A stretch of 63,694 nucleotides of DNA, counting the filler, from Octopus bimaculoides (Eukaryota), in the NCBI RefSeq assembly GCF_001194135.2. It is 5 parts of 4 records of this genome, joined end to end, with 100 filler letters (N's around TTAATTAATTAA, not from the genome) between each part and the next. Parts side by side here need not be neighbours in the genome. Positions count along the whole stretch, not along the records: positions 1 to 28,175 come from NC_068981.1; positions 28,276 to 56,644 come from NC_068981.1; 3 more parts are not named here. One strand, 5' to 3'. Numbering within the stretch: the stretch's first letter is position 1; every line of letters begins with the position of its first letter. Positions 26,205 through 38,837 of this stretch are shown one piece after another. A program made the translations under genes and the position numbers. Below the pieces are notes generated by a model. The model saw nothing but the letters and a program-made list of their open reading frames with translations, had not been told where the DNA came from and searched no databases.

Positions 26205-26392
26205 AGACAGGCAGACAGACAGAGACAGGCAGACAGACAGAGACAGGCAGACAGACAGAGACAGGCAGACAGACAGAGACAGGCAGACAGACAGAGACAG
26301 GCAGACAGACAGAGACAGGCAGACAGACAGAGACAGGCAGACAGACAGAGACAGGCAGACAGACAGAGACAGGCAGACAGACAGAGACAGGC
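26205..26392 (+). repeat. Perfect 18-bp minisatellite (AGACAGGCAGACAGACAG) x~10
   Basis: Direct reading; it produces the spurious RDRQTD ORF. Confidence 0.95.
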
Positions 26393-27857
26393 CGAATGAG
26401 TGTATAAATGAGTAAGAATGTATTATGAAGTCATTAGAAGAGAAGATGGCCACCAGGTATACTTAGTTGGAGAAGAATCAGAAAGTAAGGGATTAACAGA
26501 TACTCTGGGATATGAGGATTGTGAGAATGAGAGGAGTAGAGTGTTGCCAGAGAAAGCTGAGATGTCATTGGGATGTGTATTCGGAACGACAGTGGAACAT
26601 TTTGGCTTAATGTTACAGAAAAGAAAGAATAAAAAGGCATAGATGTGTTATCGAGAGGTTGTTGAATGAGGAAAATAACAAAAGGATCTATCAGATGTGA
26701 AGCCAACAGCAGGAATAGCCATCCAAGATGACAGCAGTATTGTAGATAGAGCAATGAAGGGTGTGAAAGAAAGGTGAGGCTACTGCTACACAGGGATGGA
26801 TGATCAGATGCTCAGAATATCTGGTGAAGTAGGGTACAGAATAGTTAGACAAATAGTCTAAGGAAGTAAGACAAGATAATTCCTTTGTCTGCTTTGACAC
26901 GGTTTCTATGGCTTGATGCCCTTCCTAGTGCCAATCACTTTGCAGCAAAGACTGGATGTTTTTCTTGGTACTGAAACTAGTAGAGTCACCAAGTAACTTA
27001 CAAGACAAAGGAAAGGCTCTCTCAAGTGAGTGGGGGCTTTGTGCCAGATGTTAACAGGCCAAAGTTTGATAGAGGGACAGGAACAGGTATCTTGCTGTAG
27101 AGCAGGTACACAGCTACCCCACATTATATAAGGTTGGATGAGAGTAGCTAGGAAAAGAGATAAGGATGGCAGTGATGAGATGTTAGAAATATCTTCATGG
27201 CACAAGAAGATGTTGAGGATGATTAGCAGATAAAAGAAGGTGTTAAGGATGAGATAAGACATTGTAGCCCAGGAGAGAGGGAGAAATAATTGGTGGCACA
27301 GAAAAGGGGTCATCAGTGGAAAACAATGAGAGAAGTGATGCTATTGAGAATGATGGATGGATGTCAAATGAAGTGGTTCCAAGAGGAGGGATAACTGGCA
27401 GCACAAAAGGTGGGATGGAATATGTGCAGATTCTGCTCACATAGGAGTACAGTAGGTGAATAGTGCCATAGTCAGAAGAGTGACAAACAGATGGGTTTTA
27501 GGAAGCTGAAAGGGAGGAATGACTTGACAAGGACAAGATGGGAGTAGGGGTAGAGGCGAATGTGTACAAATATAAACATAATGCTTTTAGGGAACAGGTT
27601 TTCTTGAGCACATCACATTGCCAGTCCTCTGTTCTTTGTCAGTTCATGTTTGCATGGATCAAATGAAATTCACTGAGACAGGTCTTCTACAGTCCAATGC
27701 CCGTGCCACCAACCCTCACCTGTTTTCAAATAAAGTGATATTTCCCTTAGCTTGGTCTCTTTTTGCCGAACCACTAGGTTATGGGGACATAAACACACCA
27801 AAATCGATTGTCAAGTGATGGTGGGGGAACAAACACAGACACAAATATATATATATA

Positions 27858-28175
27858 AGCTGTTAGATCAGGTTATGAAAGTTACAGAGAGGGTCATAGC
27901 CCAACTAATTAGGGAGCGAATCAATTTAGATGAGATGCAGTTTGGGTTCGTGCCAGGTAAAAGCACTACTGATGCCTTATTTCTAGTGAGACAGTTGCAG
28001 GAGAAATACCTAGCTAAGGATAAACCTCTGTACCTGGCTTTCGTTGACATGGAGAAAGCCTTTGATAGGGTCCCCCGATCCCTTATCTGGTGGTCAATGA
28101 GGAAACTTGGGATAGAAGAATGGTTAGTGAGAGCTGTGCGAGCCATGTACAGAGATGCTGCCAGTAAGGTGAGGG
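27858..28175 (+). mobile_element. RTE-clade LINE reverse transcriptase fragment, cut off by a scaffold join
   Basis: Uninterrupted translation QVMKVTERVIAQLIRERINLDEMQFGFVPGKSTTDALFLVRQLQEKY...LAFVDMEKAFDRVPRSLIWWSMRKLGIEEWLVRAVRAMY (QFGF and DxEKAFD motifs). Confidence 0.92.
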
Positions 28176-28275
28176 NNNNNNNNNNNNNNNNNNNNNNNNN
28201 NNNNNNNNNNNNNNNNNNNTTAATTAATTAANNNNNNNNNNNNNNNNNNNNNNNNNNNNNNNNNNNNNNNNNNNN
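28176..28275. other. Artificial 100-bp scaffold join N44-TTAATTAATTAA-N44
   Basis: Identical structure at 56645-56744, 58437-58536 and 62157-62256; the 12-mer gives stops in all six frames. Confidence 0.95.
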
Positions 28276-28322
<47 letters not shown>

Positions 28323-29383
28323 TAACCTTAATATATGCCAAAGATTGTGTTATATACGATACGTAAACATATTTTATATGACGTGTGATAATGTGTGGTT
28401 GAAAAAATAAAGGTCGCTAAACAAGGATTCCTTACGAAACAGAGTCAAATCGATTCGATACCAGTTAGAATTTCAAGTTCGAAATTAATTTACAGCATCA
28501 CGAGATGTCGACATGACGTCTTTATTTATGTATTTATTTATTCATTCATTTTAAGGGTTAGGAAATCTACCCTACTTTTTCTATCTTTTACATTCATTTT
28601 ATTTTGTTTTATTTTATTTGAGTTTGCCACGGCGAGACACCCGCTGGTTTTTCAATAAAGATTTGAAATACTTATTACATGAAAAAAGAAACAAAAAAAC
28701 AAATTACTACTTCAGTCAACCTTATGTTTTCCTTTCCTAAAACACACTAACACACATACGTAGAAGTACCAAGGCACACACGGCATTCATATACACACAG
28801 TGATTCCATGGTAACATATTTTTTAGATTTTTTAAAGCATACCTTATTTTTGAAACACACACACACACACACATATGTACATATTATGAGTGTTTGTGTA
28901 TATTACATTACAAATATATATATGTATATGTATTCATATATATACATATATACACATATATGTGTATATGTACACACACACATACACACACATATACATA
29001 ATATTCATTATCAACGGGGCCTGTTTCTTTCGATGCTTCGCCGATACTGGCTTCTCAAAATAAACGATTATATACGTGTGTGCATGTATATGTGTGTACA
29101 GGTTGCCACTGACATTGACACACATACACACACGCATATANNNNNNNNNNNNNNNNNNNNNNNNNNNNNNNNNNNNNNNNNNNNNNNNNNNNNNNNNNNN
29201 NNNNNNNNNNNNNNNNNNNNNNNNNNNNNNNNNNNNNNNNNNNNNNNNNNNNNNNNNNNNNNNNNNNNNNNNNNNNNNNNNNNATATATATACATATATA
29301 TATATATAGACATATACATACATACATACACATACATACATACACATACATACATATATGCATATATATATACATACAGACAT

Positions 29384-29421
<38 letters not shown>

Positions 29422-30294
29422 GCATACACAAACAATGTACACATCACACGCACTCCCACCTCCCCAATGAAAACTAAACATGATAGCTGGTGGCTGCTGA
29501 CAAGTTGACTAGTGGAGTAGAATTGATTTGTATCAATGTCGTTGCACTGAGTCTCGGCCAAAATGCTGGAGTTTCTTTACAATTTACGTGATGGAATTTC
29601 ACTTGGAGTAAACTTTAAATCTATCAGTATTTGTGTTGATAGTTACTAATGGTCATTAATGTTACTGATGGCGATCTGGCTGCTGTAGTATGTAAGCCAT
29701 ATATTTTTGTGTGTCTCTCTGACTACTTCCTCTGTAACTTTTATAATTTTTATGTTTTCTTAAATCATATCGCTCTCTGTATATTTTATCTGTATACTGA
29801 TTTTCTAACAGATGAATCAGGTCTCATGTTTGTTTGAACAGGAACAGCAGATTCCATCGACTTCATTTTGTCTTGTTAAATGCATGAAAAGTAAGGTTGA
29901 CTTCAGCGGGATTTGAAAGAGCTAGAAACATAGCACTTTGTATGTGTGTGTGTGTGCTTTTTTGTTTCAGTGTTTACAAATAAGACGGAAAAGAATAAAT
30001 AAACAGTTACCAGGGTAGCAAAAATTCACATAAGTACCAAGTATGTAACAGCCTACTTATAAAGGTAGAAACTCCAAGTTTAGGTGAAATGTTTTGTATA
30101 ATAGAGATAAATAAATAAATGGAATTAAACGCAGGTGTTATTCAAATTCTTTTATTTCCAATGTTTGTTTCGAAGACAACATTGGTATTATTCCAGAAAG
30201 AATTCATTGGTGTAAAACAATGCAATCTTCTCATCAAGGAAACAAAGAAACCAAACACATCAATGAGACATTTTAACATATATATATATATATT

Positions 30295-30334
<40 letters not shown>

Positions 30335-30458
30335 NNNNNNNNNNNNNNNNNNNNNNNNNNNNNNNNNNNNNNNNNNNNNNNNNNNNNNNNNNNNNNNNNN
30401 NNNNNNNNNNNNNNNNNNNNNNNNNNNNNNNNNNNNNNNNNNNNNNNNNNNNNNNNNN

Positions 30459-30493
<35 letters not shown>

Positions 30494-31771
30494 TTTGAAT
30501 AAATTAACTAAGGCGTCTTTCTTCCTTTATATACGGGGAACTATCCTCTTTTTTCAAGACGTATGGTGCGACTGAAATGAGATCTGACTGCTGTCTCAGT
30601 TATACAACAAAATTAGCTAAGGAATTAAAGAAAGAATTAAAACTTGGAACAATCTAGAATATAACTGCAGCATGAGCATTGAACTATCCCTGTAATCCAT
30701 TTCCAAAATGATTCAACAATCTGCTTCCGACACACAACATAGGGTCACAGGTGAAAGCAGAGGCCTGATAATTCGACACAGTTGAATGTCTCTCAAAGTG
30801 ATATTACCAGAGATACATTCTAAAGCACAATATCATACGTCATATGGGGAGAATTTGGTGAGACTAATGGCCACATACGAGTTGGATGTCTCATACTGGC
30901 TGCATGGAAATAAATCAGAGAAGATATGATAAAGTTACTTCCCTGGTTTCATAGGAAGATTGAAATAGCAAAAATGTGAAATAAGGAGACAAGCATAGTC
31001 AATGTGATTTCTGAATCGCTATGGTTTGTAAAGAAAGGTACATACTTTCCAAGAAGTGCTCATATTCTGTGTAAAATATTAACCGTAACGTAACAAAGGT
31101 TTATAACCATATAATTGCAGAAAATTCTTTTCGCGAGATGTACTTATATCTAACAGAATAATAATAGTGTTACTAATCATAGCTTTATATCTTTACCACC
31201 ACTAATTCATTAGTACCAAGGCATCAATTCGCCGCCACCATCACCAAACTATCACAACCGCGACAACCATAACATAGTTACTACGATAAAACATTAAATT
31301 GTATTTATTGCAAAAATATAAACGTTATTGGTTCTATTACAGTTAGACATTGTGTCAGCTACTACTAAACGAGAAACTTATCTGGCGTATCTGAGGTGTC
31401 TTGAGGATCTCACGTCTCATCGCATATCTCTACGCTATAAAACAACTATTTCAAATAACAATAACAAGAAAGATCAACAACAACATATATACTTAAAGCA
31501 ACAACAGTTACAGCTTTGTACCACCTAAGCATACGTCCTGTACAAAGCAATCTTTGGTTGTCTTAGTGAGCTTCTTATGTCAGTTATGGACAGCAAGACG
31601 TTTGCAAAACAAACAAATACGAACGAAGGTCAGCGTTAATGTAGGAGAAATTACCCCCTCGTTGTTTCTTTGAAACAAGTCAAGAGACATCATTATCTGT
31701 ATGCTAAAACATACATGTACCCGCATTATATATATATGCGTGTTTCTGTCTATGTGCATGATTATGTATGC

Positions 31772-31809
<38 letters not shown>

Positions 31810-31970
31810 CGTCACAAATCCTCGTGTGCTTATGTAAACACATCAGCTCCTTCTTTTTTCTCTCCCATTCTCTTACCTTGCTCTCTCTCTCTCTCTCTNN
31901 NNNNNNNNNNNNNNNNNNNNNNNNNNNNNNNNNNNNNNNNNNNNNNNNNNNNNNNNNNNNNNNNNNNNNN

Positions 31971-32003
<33 letters not shown>

Positions 32004-32045
32004 TATATATGCACATAAATGCCTCTGTGTGCATGTGTATGATTG

Positions 32046-32079
<34 letters not shown>

Positions 32080-33311
32080 ATTCTCCGACAAAAGATCCGA
32101 GCAATAGCAAAAGGCTGGCCTTAATCATCGTAAAGCCTACCTGAAAACTGAAACAGCATGACATGTAGAGACTGGATCCTAACCATACACACATGATCGT
32201 GGATAAGTGGTATCTTCAGCCATGGGCCTGGATATGACTATTCTTTGACATAGTAGACTCAGTCGGTTCTATGTCCCAGATTTGTGTCAAATGTTTGTCT
32301 AAGAAATTGAAACGAGATAAATGCAATGTGCTGTTTAAGTGGAATAGTTAATCTACCAGTTACTGTTGATCCACTTTAGCTTATAAAATAGCTTCTTAAT
32401 GTGCTGATGAGGAATACATGTGTCTTTCTAAGAATATCAGAAAATATGATTCTGCTTTCCAAGTGGCTTCCTTTGCAGCCAACATCAGTACCAACTTTTA
32501 AAGTACAAGAACAAATCTAACAAGAGATTGCTTCTGTTCAGCCCTCGCCAGCAAAGAGCCCCGTTTTCTGCAGTTGTTCTATGCTAATGACTGAAAGAGA
32601 TATGCTAATGATAGAAATAGCATCTCCACGTGCACATGGCTTGACTAATTTTAAGGTTCCCTAACCTTAAAATATGGTACATGGAAAGTACAGCTGTTAG
32701 GAGCTTGGAGTATGCCTTGGTTACTCCATTATTTGGTGTTTAGAATTGTCATTGGCAACCCCCAAAAAAAACACCAGGAGAGGGTGTGCATTTAATGCAC
32801 TTGAATGAAATGAAGTTGTCATATTGAGCAATGAGACCCAGTGCAAAAACCATATCATTTCGGTGTACAAAGACAGTACTATCAAAGTTATAAATGAAAC
32901 ATATTGATTTTATCCTCGTTACAATATAATTTCAAATAAATTAAATACCTTTACACTTCACTTAATACTGTCTATTTATTTAATATGTCTGAATTTTATA
33001 TGTTATTTGCACAATTAAATCATAAAATATACTATTCATGTTAAGCACGTATCTTTAGGAGATAATATTCATTACACACCAGATTGCTTCAAACGTAGCG
33101 GGGGAAAATATTAATGTTTCACATGAAAATTAACTTTTTAAGAGAAATCAAGTAATGCCTTATTAAACAGGATATACCTTCAATGAAAACGACTCTAGGT
33201 CATTTATATTTTTTTTTCACCGGGACAACTCTAGGTATTCGGACAGTGTGAATGTGTGCGTACTTATATAGGTACATATACATTTTTCTATATAAATACA
33301 ACGCATGTATC

Positions 33312-33413
33312 TACAACGTATGTATACATACAACGTATGTATACATACAACGTATGTATATGCATATATAAGAATACACAAATTGACAGACAGACAGACA
33401 CACAGACAGACAC

Positions 33414-33480
<67 letters not shown>

Positions 33481-33487
33481 GGCAGGC

Positions 33488-33548
<61 letters not shown>

Positions 33549-33549
33549 G
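33312..33549 (+). repeat. 17-bp tandem (TACAACGTATGTATACA x~3) followed by (GACA)n/(GATA)n compound microsatellite
   Basis: Direct reading. Confidence 0.9.
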
Positions 33550-34022
33550 AGTCGAATACAAATTAGCTACGTGATGTTTTAACCAATTTGATGATTACTC
33601 TTTTTCATAACAATGATTTTTGTTTCTATGGAAGAGAGATATAACCCTTACCCTAATTACACTTATGGAAAAAATTATTAACTGAAGTTTTGCCCACTCA
33701 TATAGTCATCTTGACGGAGAACCTCAGTGTATTGCTTGTGTACTCGTGAACAAGTAGCCGAGTTTATAAATGACCTCTCTGATGAGGTCACGTCTGAAAA
33801 TACTTTTACAGTTTTGTCTTTCATACGTAAAGCGTTATTATATATTGATTTGTACGAACAAATCAAGAAGTTATATATTTGTTTCCAAACGACAAGTAGT
33901 AAATCGTTGTTATAAAACTACAAATGAAAATGGCTGTTTTTGCTTCTACTTATTTACTTACTGATATATATATAAATATATGTGTGTGTGTCTGTGCCTT
34001 TGTGTGTGTGTATGTCTGTGCC

Positions 34023-34063
<41 letters not shown>

Positions 34064-34632
34064 CTTTGTGTGTGTGTCTTCTTTCGAACGATCTTGTAGA
34101 TGTTTGAATTGATCATTCGTATTGAAACATTTTAACGCTAAGTATTTTCGTCAGTGACTGAATATATCTATAGATTTTAGTTAACACTACATAAAATACG
34201 CTTGTAAATATTGTTGTGACTTCTATATAAAATATGTGATCATCAGCACTAAGTACAATGTCCTGTTCTGTTTCATCAGGGCCCTCTGCAATTATCAGCG
34301 GTGACGTTGCTCATGAATTCATTTCTTCTAAAGTCTTAAGTAAGTCGAGGATAATGCATTGTTGTTAGTTATTTCGTGTAATAAATTACTGGCACATTGA
34401 AATTTTTTTCATTGTTATTGTGTGCTACAAAGTACATTTGTACATTTTAGAGTACACTGTATATAAAAATCCCTTTTTTCTACTCTTTAGAATATACTGT
34501 CTCCAAAGTCATGTATTTACTTTTGTCAATACATATTCCATTGCCTAGTATATGTATATATATATATACATGCACGCACACACACACGCACACACACATA
34601 CACACACATACATACATACATACATACATACA

Positions 34633-34664
<32 letters not shown>

Positions 34665-34762
34665 CATATATATATATATANNNNNNNNNNNNNNNNNNNN
34701 NNNNNNNNNNNNNNNNNNNNNNNNNNNNNNNNNNNNNNNNNNNNNNNNNNNNNNNNNNNNNN

Positions 34763-35146
34763 TTACTCTTTTACTTGTTTCAGTCATTTGACTGCGGCCA
34801 TGCTGGAGCACTGCCTTAGTCGAGAAAATCGACCCCAGGACTTATTCTTTGTAAGCCTAGTACTTATTCTATCGGTCTCTTTTTGCCGAACCGCTAAGTT
34901 ACGGGGGCGTAAACACACCAGCATCGGTTGTCAAGCGATGGTGGGGGGACAAACACACATACATATATATATATACATATATACGACGGGCATCTTTCAG
35001 TTTCCGTCTACCAAATCCACTCACAAGGCTTTGGTCGGCCCGAGGCTATAGTAGAAGACACTTGCCCAAGGTGCCACGCAGTGGGACTTAACCCGGAACC
35101 ATGTGGTTAGTAAGCAAGCTACTTACCACACAGCCATTCCTGCGCC
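34763..35146 (-). mobile_element. Near full-length tRNA-derived SINE with CORE-like block and internal (TA/TG)n tract
   Basis: Minus strand head GGCGCAGGAATGGCTGTGTGGTAAG...GGTTCCGGGTTAAGTCCC, CORE-like GTGGCACCTTGGGCAAGTGTCTTC, internal microsatellite, tail ...CAAATGACTGAAACAAGTAAAAGAG. Confidence 0.85.
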
Positions 35147-35951
35147 TATAAGAAATTATTATTTCTTATATTTAATTGTTTACTCCATGTCCCCAGACCT
35201 TGTTGAGACTGTATATATACGTTTCTGAATTTATTTTGCAAGGTTCCCGATGTTAATGGTGTGTTGAAAAATATATTGTTATATTTCGGATGGTCATTAG
35301 TTTTCTTTTTCTTTTCTTTCCAAATAAACACACGCACTCTCTATTCGTTTTTCACTCGTTTTGTTCTTATTTTATCTAATGTCTATTGTTTGGAAATCTT
35401 TCGTAGAACATGTGACCTCTTCAGCGACTCTTCCATCTTGTGTGTCTCATCCTGTTGTGTTTAGTCCGCAGTGGGAATCAATTTGAGTAACTGTTAATGC
35501 AATTTACTTTAAGGTATGGATGAATTAAGTTTAGTTTACCTTCTCAGTCTTATAAACACCAAGTAACTATTTAACTCGCTTTGTGATCGTGAGTGCACCA
35601 AGCCACACGTGTGCGTATGCTTACATTTTAGAGAATGCTTGTATGTACGAGGGTACACGCACCATGCAGCTTTCGCGAGGGCATTTACACACCCATACTT
35701 GTTAACGGTTATTTTAAATTCTTTCCTCGCTGTATTGCGTGTTCTTTTCTTTTTTGCATCTGTGAACTTATTTTTGATCTCCTATGTAAATGAAGATATT
35801 TCCTTTGTTTTGCTGCTTTTCTTTCTACGAAATGAGAAGATACGTTGCGGAACTGTTATTTTAACGAGTTGTATCTATTTATCACCAGATGAGACACTTC
35901 TGCATTACCGAATGCTCTTGAACCAGCTGTTGTTAGTGTCCCACCCGTGAG

Positions 35952-36014
35952 GGATCGATGCTAGATGTGTCGGATCGATGCTAGATGTGTCGGATCGATG
36001 CTAGATGTGTCGGA
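35952..36014 (+). repeat. Perfect 20-bp tandem repeat (GGATCGATGCTAGATGTGTC) x3
   Basis: Direct reading; no spacers. Confidence 0.95.
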
Positions 36015-36394
36015 ACGATTGTCGTGATTAATGATAAATTCTCGTATATTCCATCTTCCGGCTCTCATTTACCATATATCACATTTTAAATTTCCAATGA
36101 AATTTAGAGCTACCACTGAAAGTTACGACACGTATACAAATAAGTCTATGTAAACAATGCGATCGAAACCAGAAAAATAGTTAATAGGTGTCTATACCAC
36201 ATTCAACCCATTAACTATCCACGAGCAAATTATTTACATATACGAAACTTCATAACTTTCAGTGCTAGATCTAAATTCTATACAAAAACTTTATACAAAC
36301 ATAGGACATAAATATTGACTTATAAACCTTTAATATAATTGGTAGTATATTATGGTTGCAAAACGAAATACGGTGACCCCTACCATATATAATT

Positions 36395-38837
36395 CGTTTT
36401 AAACGGTTGGACTCAACTCGAAGGAGATAATGCTAGAAATAATAACGTGTAAATATTGGGCTAAAAATCTTATTGGATAGCAAAAGTAGGTTTTCAACGC
36501 ACCAGCATTTAATGTATTTTCCTATCTTTAAAAAAGATTATATGACTATATGAATTGATAGAATACAGCATAAATCTGACGTATTTTCATGAAATTAAAT
36601 ATTTTTCTTATAATTTTCTTGCTTTGTGTTTTGCTGTGTTTTCTTTTTGCAACATTTGATATTTTTGTGCGTATATTTACTCTTTTTCATGTATTTGCAG
36701 CAATTGATATTTTTGTTGCTTATATTTGAAAGTGTTTCGAAAATTATTTATTAAACTATCAGTAGGGGCTATTTTATTACTAATGATTTATAGTGATAGT
36801 TCACCATTCAAATAAAAGGTTAGTTCAGTCACTGCGGTTGAGGAAATCGAATAGCCCCACCACTCAAAATTTCAGGGATTATCATCGTAATAGAAATATT
36901 TTTTTCTGGTGAGTTGGCCAAATCGTTAGTGCATCGGACAAAAATTCCTAGCGGTATTTCTTCCGATTTTATTATATTCTGAGTTCAAATTCCACCGAGA
37001 TCAACTTTGCCTTTCATTCTTTCGAGTCGATCAAATACAAATCAGTTGAGCACTGGGGACGAAGTAATCGACATATCTCTCACCCGAATCTACTGATCGT
37101 GTGTCAAAATTTGAAACCATTGTTACTAGCTCTTATTCTAGTAGAACCTAGTGAGATAAAAGACTAAATTCGGCGTCGGATTTGATCTTAGAACGCAATA
37201 ATGTCGGCGCTTCTGTCAACTCATTACCCATGAACCAGTTAAAATAATATTGAAAAGAGTTGTTCAGAGACTGTAAATACAATAAGACATTAATACAGGT
37301 CAATTGATATATGGTTCAATTCTCAGTTATAAGCAGCAGCATCTGTAAAGATCCACGTTTGGTACTGTTAAATTGTTGCACTAAATTCTAATCCTTCACT
37401 GTATATATTAAAGAAATGGATTAGAACTGTCTAATTCTATATACTCAGAATTCTTGATAAATATTTATACTTGAACTTTTAAATAGGGCTTAATAATTCA
37501 CTGTGTTGTTGGTGAGAAAGGGCCACACACTGCATGTACAAATATCTTTATTTTTATGACTGAGCAGTGAAACCCATTCTCTTAACACTCATTCAACCGT
37601 AGATAATAGTATAATGCTATCCAATTAAATACCTCACGCTGCGAACATAATATGTATTGATGCTGAAAGATTAGCCCCTCCATTCCTAGCATTTATACAT
37701 TCCGTCTTCCCATTAATCTATGATTATATATATATATATATNNNNNNNNNNNNNNNNNNNNNNNNNNNNNNNNNNNNNNNNNNNNNNNNNNNNNNNNNNN
37801 NNNNNNNNNNNNNNNNNNNNNNNNNNNNNNNNNNNNNNNNNNNNNNNNNNNNNNNNNNNNNNNNNNNNNNNNNNNNNNNNNNNNNNNNNNNNNNNNNNNN
37901 NNNNNNNNNNNNNNNNNNNNNNNNNNNNNNNNNNNNNNNNNNNNNNNNNNNNNNNNNNNNNNNNNNNNNNNNNNNNNNNNNNNNNNNNNNNNNNNNNNNN
38001 NNNNNNNNNNNNNNNNNNNNNNNNNNNNNNNNNNNNNNNNNNNNNNNNNNNNNNNNNNNNNNNNNNNNNNNNNNNNNNNNNNNNNNNNNNNNNNNNNNNN
38101 NNNNNNNNNNNNNNNNNNNNNNNNNNNNNNNNNNNNNNNNNNNNNNNNNNNNNNNNNNNNNNNNNNNNNNNNNNNNNNNNNNNNNNNNNNNNNNNNNNNN
38201 NNNNNNNNNNNNNNNNNNNNNNNNNNNNNNNATATATATATATATACATATATATATATCGTTTTAAACGGTTGAACTCAACTCGACGAGGATAATGCTA
38301 GAAATGATAGCCTGTAAATATTGGGTTAAAAATCTCATTGGATAGAAAAAGTGGGTTTTTAACGCACCAGTATTTAACGTCTTTTCCTATCTTAAAAAAA
38401 AATTATATGACTATATGAATTGGTAGAATACAGCTAACATCTGACGTATTTTAATTAAGTTAAATATTTTTCATGTTATTTTGTTGTTTAGTTTTTTGCC
38501 GTTTTTTTTTTAATTTTTAACATTTGATTTCTTTTAGGGTATGTATTTGCTCTTTCGTGCAAGTGTTTCGAAAAATTATTTGCTAAATTATTAGGAGTTA
38601 TTTCATTATTTATGAATTTCAGTGATAGTTCACTGTTCAAATAATATATTAGTCAAGTTACTGGGGTCGAGCAAATCGAGTAGCCCTCCACTCAGAATTT
38701 CAGGCATTATCATTATAATAGACAGGAATATTTCTGGTTCTTAAGCTGATGATTTGGCCAAATCGTTAGAGCATCGGACGAAAATGCCTAGCAGTATTTC
38801 TTCCGATCCTATTAAATTCTGAGTTCAAATTCCACCG
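36395..38837 (+). repeat. Diverged ~600-bp direct duplication (36395-36997 and 38260-38837)
   Basis: Both copies start CGTTTTAAACGGTTG.ACTCAACTCG and run colinearly through AT-rich sequence into the same SINE fragment ending GAGTTCAAATTCCACCG. Confidence 0.85.

Noticed and set aside
25785-26453. ORFs with RDRQTD / SLSVCL repeats and many IYIY, HTHT, SLSL, CVCV ORFs
   Set aside because: These are translations of mini- and microsatellites with no coding evidence.
26400-27560. Purine-rich block (and pyrimidine-rich blocks at 1-500, 4030-4400, 12430-12800, 21330-22430) as coding sequence
   Set aside because: There are only short ORFs and no recognisable motifs. These are probably ancient retroelement remnants but cannot be assigned by eye.
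28220-28231. TTAATTAATTAA palindrome repeated four times in the window
   Set aside because: It is always centred in exactly 44+44 Ns, so it is an assembly spacer and not a biological motif.
33772-33815. CTGATGAGGTCACGTCTGAAA as a hammerhead core
   Set aside because: Stem II is only 2 bp, there is no valid stem III/stem I, and the sequence prefers the TGACCTC/GAGGTCA hairpin.
35952-36014. Repeat cluster as a possible CRISPR array
   Set aside because: There are no spacers, the context is eukaryotic and there are no cas genes; it is a simple tandem repeat.
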